Shown here: positions 25,265 through 38,691 of the stretch, one piece after another | Layout of the letters: each line of letters begins with the position of its first letter | Numbering within the stretch: position 1 is the stretch's first letter | Source: Kudoa neothunni | Taxonomy: Eukaryota; Animalia; Cnidaria | Direction of reading: 5' to 3' | DNA: 64,000 nucleotides | Assembly: GCA_964304625.1 (NCBI GenBank) | Contig: OZ199838.1 | Span: 16,083,731 to 16,147,730, forward strand | Made by a program: the position numbers and the translations under genes | Notes under the pieces: model-generated | What the model saw: only the letters and a program-made list of their open reading frames with translations | The model's database searches: none | What the model was told of the DNA's origin: nothing

Positions 25265-28200
25265 TTAGTATCTAGATTTTTTACGATTTGGATGATTGGA
25301 AGAGTTGTGTTGGGATCCCCTTTTGACTGGTGCTTTTTCGATGCGATTTCGGTGTTTGCTTTCGTCCTCTTTGCGAGCCAAATCCTCAAGTTGATCCCAA
25401 GTGAGCGCATCAGATGGTTCATCCTCCATACTTTCTTCTTCGTACTCATCTGATGATTCTTCGTCAGATTCATCAAATTCGGAATCGTCATCGTCGCCAT
25501 CATCAGAAGATTCGGGGTTGTAGTTGTCCTCCTCGGAGTCACTACCTCCATCAAGATTGCTTCCTTCTTGATCCGATTCAGGATCAAGGAAACTCCAACC
25601 GCCAGTTTCAAAAAAGTCTTTGGGGTCATCATTGATTGTTTTCATGATTCTAACCCAGTTGAGACTCTGAATTCCCTCCGAGTATTTGATATCACAACTA
25701 TCCAACCAATCTTTCACAGGCTCCAGATTGGACATTGGCACACAGCCCACCATAACCACTTTCTTTAAGTAGTCTTTAAACACAAAAACCATATCAAAAT
25801 GTTTGGTATTTGCCTATTGTTAAATGATCAATGGTTAATCGAGTGGTATTGAAATTGGCGGATGCATTCTATGCATACATACCTGCACACGCTCAAAATG
25901 AACCAACTCGATTTCATTCAATGAGAGCACAAAGAAGGGCATTTCCATAAGATTGACCAAACAATGAGTGGTAGGTGTGAGAAAGATGGACAACCTTGTG
26001 GGTACACCATCGAATCTGGACAAAGCAATAAATAATTCTACCATATTAACAACTCATGAATTAAAATAATACCCCAAATCTTTGAAAGGAGAATCGAATT
26101 CAATTTTTCCATCGGTGAGTGTTTCAACAGCCTCACAAAAGTGTTTAAAGGTGTTGTTGATACGTTGAATATTTTCCAACTCTCTCTACACATTTAAATC
26201 AGTAGATGGAATGGACAAGAGTCATTATGAGCAACAAAAACAACCTCTTCGGCCTCAATTTCGTCCGGGTCATTTCGATTGGTTACAAAGTTACTCTTAT
26301 CAAGGTCGTTCACTGCAACTCCAGTTTCCACGTAAAACTGAACGTCATGCAGCTTTTTCTTACCGTACAACAGAGGATCCTTTTGGTTGGGTTAACAATC
26401 AAAAACAAACACAAATTACACCACCTTAAGTTTAAAATGTATAAGTGTAATCATTTCATTGTCACATGGCTAAATAAAAGATATTAATGATAAGCACTCA
26501 TTAATATTTGTTCAAACAACCCATAGCTTAGCTTAACCCTCCCAAGTACATGTAAAATGTAAAATGGGGTAGAAATTTACCCCAGACTTTTTTCAGCTAA
26601 AACTATTCAATATAAAAAGTTATTTAATTATGAATAGTATTAGTCAATTCTATCGATTAGATTTTGAGTAAACCAAGAAACATTATTATTAGGTCCCTTG
26701 TGCGCATGCTCTTCTATCGTTTTGTGTGCAATGAGTTCCAGCGAACACAGTGAAAGTTGCTCCGATTCGACCCGTCAGACACTTATATACAGCCTATTGT
26801 CTTATTGACACGAATGAAACATTATAGGAGGCTGAGTCTCCATTACCTACTCGAACACCAGCTGAAAAATTTTTGTAAAATTAATAGTTGTATAATAGTA
26901 TCGGTGCTGCCGGACATTCTTCAATCGACAAATGTATGACATAAAAACTGTCCATAGATGTGACATTTGCTTAATGTATTGTTGTAAAAACATTTTCGGC
27001 ACGCTTGTTGGATACATTTCAATAAATTACACTATTTTCTTGTCACTTTTTTTGTATAAATATTACATTTATTAGTGAGAAATAAACCTTTAAAAATTCT
27101 TTTACATTAAAAGAACACTTTTAAGTAGAAAAGAGAGAGATTTACTGTTGATAAGACAAGAGCGTACGACGAAAACGTTAACTACTCAACTCCAGCGCAT
27201 GCGCGATACTGGATTAATAATAATGTTTCTTGATTCGCTCAAAATCTAATCGATGAAATCTATTAAAACCATTCAACATTAAATAACTTTTTATTTTAAA
27301 TAGTTTTAGTCAACAAAGTTTTGAGGTAGATTTCTATCAAGAATTTGGCATTTGTCATTTGTCATTTGGCATCAGGGTATGCAAGGTATGCAGTGTGCAT
27401 CGCACCCTGGTGGGTACACACGGGTACAAACCGAAAAAATTTTTTTTCTTATAAACATAATTTTACTTATAATTAATATTGTTATATTGATTAATTCGCG
27501 TATTTTGCATAAAATAGTAATATTGTGATAATTTTTCGATGGAATAAGCACAACATGCCACTGCTTCCTGGTCTCACCTTATTAATTCTACAGGCATGCC
27601 CGAAACTAGTACGTGTCGTATGCGCTGGTTAACACACGACGGTTTATTGGTTTATTGGTTTATTGGCCCATGGAAGCAGAATCTTCTCTGTTTCTCATAA
27701 TGTTTCGCTTGGTTTTTCAAAAATCAAAATTTTATACACTTGTTTGAAACAATGTTTATGTTGCCTGATCAGTTTGAAATTAGTAAAAAAGATATTTAGT
27801 TTGTAACAACATGAAATATTACAATTCACTGAGTAAATCATTAATCTCCATTAGTTTACAGTAAAAATGAAGTCTAAATCATGAATAATAGCGACGATTT
27901 TGAATCATATTCAAAATTTTCATACAAAGAAAAAACTAAAGTTATTGCTGATGATAGCTCTATCTCAGAGCTTCCACAATTACACAATTACAGAAAAAGT
28001 TGTATAAAATTACCAGAACATTTCAAACTTATATGGTACAACAAAATAATGGTTGTGTGGCTGTATTTTAACGAAGCGACTTTTTTTACAAAGTATTTAA
28101 GAATAGGCTCTCATGTAGTCTATTTAATTCATGTATTTTAAAATAATAAAATTTTTGGTTGTAAATTTTCGTGTGACTCAGAGGGTTAACATAAGAGAAA

Positions 28201-31200
28201 AATTGAAAGATGACTACTTGATAAAAAGCATGCTTAATGTTGCTGAAAATGATGTCAATGTGTTCAGATTTGGCGGGAGAATATCTGAAACCATTTTGAT
28301 GAACTTCAAGTAAGCCCTAAAAAAGAATACATTTTTGGAAATTCACCAACTACAGTAAATATACCACAGCCCGGCGATTTCCAATAGCAGGACGCATAAG
28401 AATATGCTTTAGGCGAGGTAGATTCTTGTTTGTGCTCAGTTGCAAATCATCCTGTTTAACTATATCCTAGGAGACACAATCAAACAAAGTTATAGAAAAT
28501 GAAATAATCCAAAAACTAAGCAAAACATTATCATTTTGTATATTTTAACAACAATTATTCATCTCGAATAAAAATATTTAATAACTTAATGTATATCATA
28601 TATCATGCATTAAAATAACAAACTTTAAAATAATGTAAATCGGCGATTGCTATTTCTAAAAATTTTTCCTTAAAAAATCTCGCAATGAATATAAAATTAA
28701 AAAATTAAATTAATAATCCTCCTAAGAAATATAAATTATTCAAAATTTACTTGCAATTCTTTTTCTTCAGCTTGTTGTGTTCTAAATTTCTTTTGAAGCT
28801 CTTTCACCAACCGGAATACATTCACCAAATGAGAACTATCAGGATAGGACTTTCCAATCTCCTTGATATTGAGACTTCGATAGATTCTATCGAAGCAAAT
28901 CAAATTGACGATGATAATTTAACAATTCCAATCACATTTCTTTGATGCTTCCATACGCGACACATTTGTATTTGTCCTTTTCACTAACCCAGTTGTGGCT
29001 AAATCATACCAAAAGTTATTCAAATAATTAGAAAAATCGACTGAAATCATACACAGGCAGGGGATTTACAAAATTGATTCTCAAATACATATAATCTGAC
29101 TCCAATGAAGTGTTTATATTCTGAGGTAATGAAGAAAATTAGTTTTTTCTAATAATAAATCACCATATCAACTTAATGATTACCTTGACAGTTGAAATAT
29201 GGAATGGTACAGCCATACCCATAATTGGAAGTACAATACAATCATGAATTTTGTCCACATGAATGCGCATTTCGGTTATATCTTTTTCGCGGGGAATCTC
29301 ATTCACCGAATGGTAACAGACGAAATTGGAGTTGGACGATGCGGAGGTGATGCCTTTAGAGCCCGTAGTAGAACCACTCGAGGAAAGATAGCGCTTCATT
29401 GCAGTTTCATTGAGTTTGGTGGCGAGCAATTTTTGATGGGTTTTTCGTTTGTACTCTGTGTCTTCGGTGGTTTCCCTTTTGGGAAGGTTTCTGTGTCGAC
29501 CAACACCCGCGGTAGTGCCACGAGATTCTCTAATGAGAGACAATCCCTCGTTGGATGATTCGCTTTCGCTTTGAGAGGAAACATTGTTTTTCACAGAGTC
29601 CTCAGATTCATCTGACGATTCGTCAACTCGAATGGTCACACTGCCAAGTTGTCGTTTGGTGAGTTTGGTGCAGATAGTGGCTCCTGAATCGACCACTTTG
29701 ACAGTGTCACCAATGGAAAACGAGTATTTTGTCGATCGAATATCAACATTGTTCAACGTCACCAACACATTAAATGTCATATCTTACGAAACGCAACAAA
29801 TGAGCATACTAGCGAATTTCTGTGTGTGAAATACTTGATTTAATTGTGTTGGAGTTATTGGCATCCAACAACAACAAATTATCTTTGAATTCGATACCAG
29901 TACTGAAACCAACATTTTTCGGGAGGTATTTAAGTAGACTTTTGTCTTTGCGGTCAAAGAATGAGTGAAACGCTTCATAAATATGTTTTAGTTGTTTGCC
30001 CGGTTTCAATGCATCGGTCACCACATCGAATGACTCCTGAAGCAGTTTATAATATTTTTGTTGTTCATCTGAGGGGTTGACCATAAGGGTTCGAACCAAA
30101 CATGAACAGTAGTATTTATAGCGCACCCCGAGCATAACAACAATAACATCGAATTTGATTGGTTTATCATTGCTAAAAAAATTTATTTATTTCGCGCCAA
30201 AATGCAGCCAAAAGATAAGGAAAACCGAAATATAGAATGTTGTTGGTTGTAATGGAAATATTTTTTTTTAAATAATGATTATTTCATCAAGATATTAATA
30301 ATCTCAATTCAAACGAAGACAATAACTCGAACTTACTGCGAAAAAAGTCAGCAATTATTAAAGCACTTATAATTTATAGTTTAAATAAATGGCATTAACA
30401 ATGATTCAGCGGAGAATTTAGATTTAAAACAACCAATGTCACGTGTTAATTTTTTGCGTTTTAAAATGAATATCCATTAACTTATTTTCTTGAATTAAGA
30501 TATCGACGTCTATTTTGAGAATAAAGTTTAGTGAAAACAAGGCGTATCAGATTGGCGCATGTTGACCTACGATATTTGTTTTGATTGAAAGTCTAACGAA
30601 TAAACAAATAAATTTCCACACATAAAATATATCATATGAACTTCTTTTTATTTATTATATAAATAAAGATTTCAACCGATACAAACCTATACTTTCGATA
30701 TAGGAAAATTCGTTTTCACCACAATTAACCTTCGAATATTTTTTAGGTGGCCACCATACACAAATAATAACTTTTAGATAGTTAAAATATATAAAAAAGC
30801 TTTTCTATAGTAAATAAACATTATAAACGTTCTTGAAATTAATTTTTTTTCTATAACACCTTGAATCTGTTAATTTATTAAATCTGCCATGGGGATCGCG
30901 CATATTATAACAATTTTTTTAAATTAAATATCAAAAAAAGTAGTAAATTAAATAGAATTGTTAAAAGTTTAATCTAGACTCACTTAAAAACATAAAAATT
31001 CAAGATCCATGAATCCATGAATCCTTACACAATATACATATATATTTCTAATTAATTCATTAATTTGAACGCCAAATTTCAATGTGTAACGTATAAATTT
31101 ATCTATTTAGCATATTTCTGTCAACGAGGGAAGAGATTCATCCTAAAATCATGGATTTTGAGAATATACCAAAATCTTAGCAGTTAAACTAGTAATAAGA

Positions 31201-33677
31201 ATGAAATTTGAAAAATTAAACTTTAATAAAACAGTTTATCTCTAATTTCTCACGCAACCCAAAGTATATACAAGCATAGTTATTCATGTTCTTCGCAGCT
31301 GTGCACACAAACATCGCAAAAATGCATTTTATCGATTGATTTTTATTATATTTTAAAATGTAAAAAATAACGTAAATAATTATGTTCTTAACCTTAAATA
31401 CAACGATTTTTACTATTTTAATGCATTTTTGTGCAACTTTTTTCCTCAGGTGTTCGTGTTCAGGGGTTAAGCGAATATTTTTATATTTATGTAATAGATT
31501 GATACTAGTGACTATTAATTAAAATATGAATACTAAATTTTGACGTTATTAAGAGCAGGAACTTATTTGAAACGTGGCGTAACTTCTATTGTGATATGTG
31601 ATAAGTGATATGTGATATGCGATTTTTAGCGGCAATATTCTAGTAAAAAACTCGATTTATATAAAATGGTGCGCACGCATCACATATATGCCAGCTAATA
31701 TACAAGTAAATTTTCGATTATTACAATTATCTATCTATACACTAACCCATCCGTATAATTTTCTCCCATTGCACTTACAAGCGTAAGCGTAGTGACGACA
31801 TAATATTCGAAAAATGATAATACGCAGAAAAATAGCTATGAAGAAACTGATTGTAATTCGGACATTATAAAACCAACATAACTAGAGGTGTGGCATTTGT
31901 GCACACTTTAAAAACATTTAGGTCGTGTAGGTGCGCGCGCACATTAAACTGCGTCTCGTTACATTTGTTACAATTCTTCAATATAAATAATAAATTATAT
32001 ACAATAATATAATAACATTAACATTAATAATAATAATAATAATATCATATATAATATCTTCAATGGATTGATTCAATCAATTGCAGATATATACGTACAA
32101 TTACACTTAAAATAGAACAGACACGTACTCGAGAAATAGATCGTTGTTAAAAATATTTAAAAATTATTTTTAATTTCTAAATGTACACAAACAATACGCA
32201 CATAAAATCCAAGGAAACCAACAATTGGAAGAGTTACTAAGGCAGACATGATTAGATAAAACAATGGATTTAAATTATCCTTGGCATTACGAAGTCGTTA
32301 GAAGATTAAGTAGCAATTTAACTAATTAATTAATTACATAATTACATAATTAATTATTAATTACGAATAAGTCAATTACCTTTCTGTGCTAAATCTAACA
32401 GCATAATCACCACCACTCTGTACAATCACGGGAAAGGCCATTTCCACATCCTCTTCCTTGACCGAGGAATTTGGATAGTATAGTTTCTTATCGGTGCAAT
32501 CTTCGAGTTGTAAAGCCAACTCATTGTGTTTCATTTTCTAATCCACATAATAATTGCAACAATGTCTCTATTGTCACCGGATGATTTACTTTGTTGGATT
32601 CGATTAAATCCAAAAGTTTGGATTTGAAAAATTTGTTAAATATACTACAAGATATATCCGAAGCAACCTAATCCCACAACGAATAAATAAAAAACATATT
32701 CAACCATAAAATTATCATTATGAAAGTTGATTAAAGTTTAAAAATCAACTTACTAATATCAATATGAGAAAATTAGATGCGCTAATAGAGTGAATTTCCG
32801 CTACAAATACAAATACCTGTATATTCGAAATTTCTTCAATCTCCTTAACACACGTCACTTTGGACAATTCCGACGAGATATCAACAATCTAATTGTTAGA
32901 CATAAGGTATATTGTTACTACAATTAATCACCCCGGTGATGTTATTATCCTTTAAACATTTATTCCACTTTTCAATGAACACCCCATCAAACTTGTCCTT
33001 CAAAAATGAACCAACACACCCAGTCTATTTTTGTACAAATTGGATTATACAATAATAATTGGGACAAATGGTGAAAAGAAAGGACCTTTTTAGTGGATCT
33101 AATCTGTTCAATTATTTTCAAAAAATATTCGTCCTCATTCGACTACACCAACAACAATAATCAATTAGCCAACAAAACCCTCTTCAACAATAGCGTTACA
33201 TTTTGTCGAGTGTAGAACGTGATAGGGATTTTCGAATTGGTAGCTATTGGTTGCAAATAATTGATTTTCTTTTTGGATGCGTAAAACACAATCTGGTCCT
33301 CCCCAAACAAAACCACCGAATCACTTATATCCACTCCAAACAACCATTCCTAAAAACAAATTTTCATGTATGCATGCATGCGCCAAACACCAAAAACTCA
33401 TTCGACTTTTCGTTAGTAGTGGTACCTGAAGTGAAGAGGTTTTGGTGTAGGAAACCACATCATATTGACCACAAACAAGCAAAATAACATCAACATTTGA
33501 AAGTGGACCGTTATCTACTAAGGAACCATTGGCATGGTTGATCTCACTTTTGTTTCTCTGTAGACGCCATTTTAACTTATTAAATAAATGTGTTTCAGCG
33601 TGATAATTTACTTTCCAGTGTTCGTATAATTTTGATAAGTTTGTGTGAAAAACTCGAGTATCAATGGTGAACTCCAT
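25265..33677 (-). CDS. SUPT16H: FACT complex subunit SPT16 (multi-exon)
   Basis: YTKTSSLQ|[76 protein letters not shown]|[55 protein letters not shown] and an acidic tail. All domains are found in order. Confidence 0.96.
26537..28185 (+). mobile_element. Internally deleted piggyBac-derived element in an SPT16 intron, probably with a nested insertion in its right end
   Basis: TTAA|CCCTC at 26533 and GAGGG|TTAA at 28181-28189. Inverted repeats of about 130 bp (26566-26692 versus 27214-27338). An internal Cys-rich remnant reads [18 protein letters not shown]. Confidence 0.65.
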
Positions 33678-34237
33678 GTTATTGACAAGCGCGCGCTGTC
33701 CCGTGTGTAATTCAGCTCCAGCTGCTCTCCGAATGATATCTCTTTTGATCTTTAATGCGTGCGCACAGTGGATATATCACGTTTTGTGTTTTGTTACAGT
33801 GGAAATCACTTATTTTTGGTGGTAAAATTCAAAAATATAAAAAGTTCAAATTTCTCAAATTTTATAAAAGTAACAAATTCCAACTTCATCGTGGAAATTA
33901 TTAATAATATCGATTCCCTATTGGTTATTGATTGGACATGTGTATGTGTGTTCTTCGGGTTAATCTTTTTACATGCTATATCAAGTAACCGATTTTAATC
34001 CGCAATCTTCTATAAATATTGGTTTGCATCAGTTAAAAATGGAGCGCACGCATTTCCTACTTTACTCGGCCGTACGCTTGTACACATAGTTGAGCTGGCG
34101 AAATGAACCGACAAATTTGTTTTCGAATAACGATGGTTATCTCAAACCTACTAGTTTTTCACAACTTCCTCTGTTCTCTATTAGTATTATAATTTTTAGT
34201 TCGAGTGATGTACAGTATATTCTAATGTAAACTTGGA

Positions 34238-34700
34238 GGTAATGGTAAAGCATGTGACTCCAGAAAAACACCATCCTGCGCATGTTTTTTCTCTTACGAT
34301 TATCAATAATAAATCTCAAGAATATTGAGTGCAAATAAATCACTTCTTAATTTTTGCCTACACATATATTCGACTACAGTCGGATACATGTGTGATCAAT
34401 CTACATCGTTTTGCAATAAACACCAACAAATAGCTGAATCTTTGCTTATCACGCAAATTATCTAAAATTTCTGTTTATATTATTTGCAATAAAAACGATA
34501 ATAAATTTTTATGTGTTTATTTATCACGTGAAAATCGCGATAATGGAGATTTTAAGCTTTGGAGAGGACGATGACCTTTTCGGTTTAATAAATGATAACA
34601 ATGAGTTATTTAACATCTTAGTAACAAAGGGTTACCTTAGAACTGCTACGAAAAAAATATGTTAATTGTTGGAATTTCGAAACCTTAACTTTAAAAAAGA
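34238..34700 (+). mobile_element. Merlin 5' fragment (left TIR plus transposase N-terminus)
   Basis: GGTAATGGTAAAGCATGTGACTCCAGAAAAACACC resembles the TIRs at 12363 and 37324. ATG 34543 gives MEILSFGEDDDLFGLINDNNELFNILVTK, similar to the frameshifted N-terminus of the 14696 copy. No right TIR was seen. Confidence 0.65.
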
Positions 34701-37277
34701 GACAATTAAACCCAAGGAGACCAATGACAGAAATTTCGTACTACGAGAGAAACCACATTGAGTGTTCCCTCGCTTACAACCGTAAATATTACTTATCTAC
34801 TGTGGAATACTAATTAATGTAGTGAAGGTGTAGAATTGGTGTTTCCCCTCGAAACGGTACTTTCTTCTTTAGTATGGCTTACTTCCCAATGGCTGAAAGA
34901 AAGAAATTTTCTTACAAATTTGAATGAGTAAATCCTCATAAAACTGGCCATACGTTCAACACATTGTATAACACTTCAGTGCGCGTTACTAGCACTGTAG
35001 TTGCTGCAAAGAATGATTTGGGTGTAACATACAGACTGAAATTATAATTTATTTCATTTCAAAACTAAACTATATTTAGTAACAATTAAGAAAACATTAT
35101 TTTATTAAAACAAATATTTTTTTCAAATCAATTAAATTTGTGTTGTTGATTAACAAAATACTTTACGTCGTATTAAAAAAAATAATTATACGATTTAATA
35201 TCTTCACATAAATAAAATACATACTACAATTTTTGTAATTAATATCAATGTACGATTAATATAATTATTTTTAGTTTTAATTTTGCAAGTAATTGGTGTA
35301 ATAAAATTACTTCATCAATAAATATGAACTGATAAAAATATATAAACTAAAATAAACAATTATAAATGTTTCTAAACGTTTTAAAAGTTAATTTGACATT
35401 TAGAATTAAACATAGATGACATTATTTTTTAATATTAGATAAACTTATTTAGAAGGTTTACTACACTATATTTGGTGTGTAAAGCTTAAGAAAATTTAAA
35501 TAATGGTTACAGTGTACTAATTAGGATATAATAAGCAAATGTTCAGCTATTTGTCGGTGTTTAACCGTAAACTTGATATGATTGACCGAGTATTTTAATA
35601 AAAATTGAGTTCTAATTAGGATAATCCTTCGGATTTTACTCAGCAACCACCTACACATTAAATACTATGATGAAGAATAATTAATCAATTTCTAATCATG
35701 CATAACATGTAACTTTGCATATGCGAAAATAAACAAATACTTAAAAAATTAGGTTAAATTTTGACCAATTAGCATACTTATTTAGTTCAATAATTGAATT
35801 AATTGGTAATGTAGCACGATTTCAATTTTGAAGATTCCAAAATAATGTAGACTGTGAAATCATTCTATTAAATCATAAACCAATTAATAAATACAGGCGA
35901 TGACTTTGAGGCATCAAGAGAAATTCATTAGCTTCATTAATATAAACATATTGTGAATATACTATTTTTTTTCTCTCATCAGTACAATGCACTCTTCCAC
36001 ATGTAGAGGATCAAAATCCATATTTTCTCCATTTGAATTAAACAATCGCTGTTATGTTAAAACAACCAGTCCACCTAGGTATAATAATAGTAATCAAGAC
36101 AGATCTTATTTTTACATCAAAGATCTTTATTGTTTCAAATTTAGCGTTCGATTTATTCGTTACTTTTTGATAATATTTTATAATTTCAACTTTTGGGATA
36201 AACTTGGAATTTTTTTATAATCTGTTGACAAATAAACCATAATCTTCATAGTTATAAAAAATAATCATTATGCACGACACATAAAATACATAAATACTAT
36301 TGATATTTTAATTTTTCTAAAGTCACATCGAAGAAATATATTACTTTTGTTATAAAGTTTACAGAGTAAAAATTAAATTTTCTATATATTCATTTATAAT
36401 TTAAACTAATGAATGAAGATTTATTTTCATAATTCTATGTTGCTGAGATACCGAATTCTTCTGTGTTCTTATACATCAGCGGTAACCAGAATTTCCCAGA
36501 TCGGCGCCCAACTTTAAGGTTGCATCAATTTTCAAGAGCCACTAGGCATTAAAATCATTTATGTATCGCTTCCTTATTTTTAGTTTACATTTTTGGTAAA
36601 TATTAAAATAAAATATTGTAGTTTTATAAATAGATATTTGTGGAACTTTTAATAGTTTAAGATAATTTAAACATTCCCTCATTTGTTATTGAATTGACTA
36701 AAGTTAAAAATTAATGTAGGAAATTGTGTTGTACTCGATGTTAGTTCTGTTAAGGTGATTACGCGGTTTAAATAATAGGATTATATTTGTTAATCTATCT
36801 GTACATTTAAAGTAGATGTGTTCTTAAATACAATCCTTATTTTTGGAACTTTTAATATATTTGGCTTGATAAGTACACATTATGAGTTTTATAAGTGGCA
36901 TTTAATATAGAAAAAATATGCATATTTCGTTATAGCACCCGGTATACTTAATTTTGAGCGATAAGATTTAATGTAATGACTGAAATCTTATTTTTCTAAT
37001 TATTTAAATATTTTTGTTCGTATTAAGAGGCTACACAACAGTTTTGAGGAGAGAGCGTATAAAAATTAATTATTGTAAGTTATTATCGAGTTATTCAGGT
37101 TTTTCTGCCTTCATTATCTCCCTAAAATGGTCTCAACTAACGACCGTGATGGGTACAGTTGATAAAAGTATGATATATAAAAAAAGATTTATTTAATCTC
37201 TCCTCAGGGCTAATCAATAGAGTCTTATATTTTCTGTATTTTTTGATCGTATTCTTCTATGATGAAATTTTCTCAAT

Positions 37278-37306
37278 CCCGTGCGAAGGTGGGCAGTTCG
37301 CACTAG
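37278..37306 (+). mobile_element. Helitron-like 3' terminus
   Basis: GC-rich hairpin GTGCGAA..TTCGCAC ending in CTAG (CCCGTGCGAAGGTGGGCAGTTCGCACTAG). Confidence 0.4.
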
Positions 37307-37323
37307 CGATCCAATACACTTTT

Positions 37324-38691
37324 GGTAATAGAGTAGGATGTGGCACCTAAAAACAACCTTCTGCGCATCGTTTTTTCGTCGATTCTTTCGCGAATATTCA
37401 TAATAAAATGAAAGAATACAGAAAGGAAATATTCAGTTATTATTTTAAAAAGTAATTATTTTATATCTAAATACTAGCCTCCTAATTTAAAGATGTAAAA
37501 CTAGGATATCTCCACGAAGTGGAACTTTCTTTTTAGGTTTGAGCTTGTTTCATCCCTCCCCAAACATAACGGTGAAGAAAATATATAAAATTATTTACAG
37601 TTGGAGTATGGATAAATCTATTTTATCTGCCTCCGAAAATATTAATTTGATCACAAAAACAACGGGAGAATAGTTTAAAAAAATAAGAAATATTTGCTCT
37701 TCTAATTTTCTTCAGCCAAAACCATTTGGTGGCGAAGGATGTATTATTGAGATTGATGAGACGTTTCTTCACGGACAGAGCAAAAATAAACAAGGCCGGT
37801 ATTTTAAGAGAGATTTTCGGAAGAGAGCCCAAACTAAAGAATTTAATAAATAATTAATGTTAAATTTTATATAATATAATGTTAAACCAGCCGGTAAAAT
37901 AGCAAAATACCTTATAAATATAAAAAACATCTTTATTTATAGAGTTCTCTTAATAATTTAGTACAATACAGCATCTAAGACTTTAAATATAATCGTTAGT
38001 TTTATAAATATGAGAAAAGATTATATATATATCTAAAAAATGAAATGAAGAGTCTAATATATATTTATTATATTGCTAAATTCCTATTTAAGTTTCTTCT
38101 TTCATTTTGTATAATTAACTTCCGTTAAGAATGATCCTTCAAAAATTGATTGTTAAAAGATTTTATTGACAGATATCGAGTGAAATGAAGATTTATTGTA
38201 TTGTCGCTATAAAAATTTCATGATAAAATGATTAAACTTTTTTTATAATTAAAATAAATTGACCGAAAGCACATAAAAACTACAAAAAGTGATAATTTAA
38301 AGTACATTTCTTTTAAAAGGTTCATAGTCGATACAACAAAAATGATAGAGAAGATAATTTATAGTAAGATGTGTAAGTTTTAATTAAACGACTGAGTCGT
38401 ATAATTTTGAAACAATCAATTGCTAAAAATAGTATTTAGGCGTATAATAAATGTAGAAGTTAATGTATAAAAAATAAAGTGTGTTTTCATCGGTCATTGG
38501 AAATTTAATAAAGATTTCACGTGTGCCGACAGTGTTATATTCGGGATTTGTACCAAAATTAGATGTCACCATAAATAACTGAATATTTACTCTTGGTATT
38601 CTTTAATTTTATTATGAATATTTGTGAAAGAATCGACGAAAAAACGATGCGCAGAAGGTTGTTTTTAGGTGCCACATCCTACTCTATTACC
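37324..38691 (+). mobile_element. Non-autonomous (internally deleted) Merlin element
   Basis: Near-perfect TIRs of about 85 bp beginning GGTAATAGAGTAGGATGTGGCACC. 8-bp TSD ACACTTTT / AAACTTTT. Internal remnant (about 37560-37820) PNITVKKIYKIIYSWSMD..PFGGEGCIIEIDETFLHGQSKNKQGR. Confidence 0.88.

Noticed and set aside
25201-29829. Antisense and alternative-frame ORFs over SPT16 (for example 25201-25632, 26206-26487, 29199-29558)
   Set aside because: They are shadows of SPT16 exons with no independent homology or splice logic.
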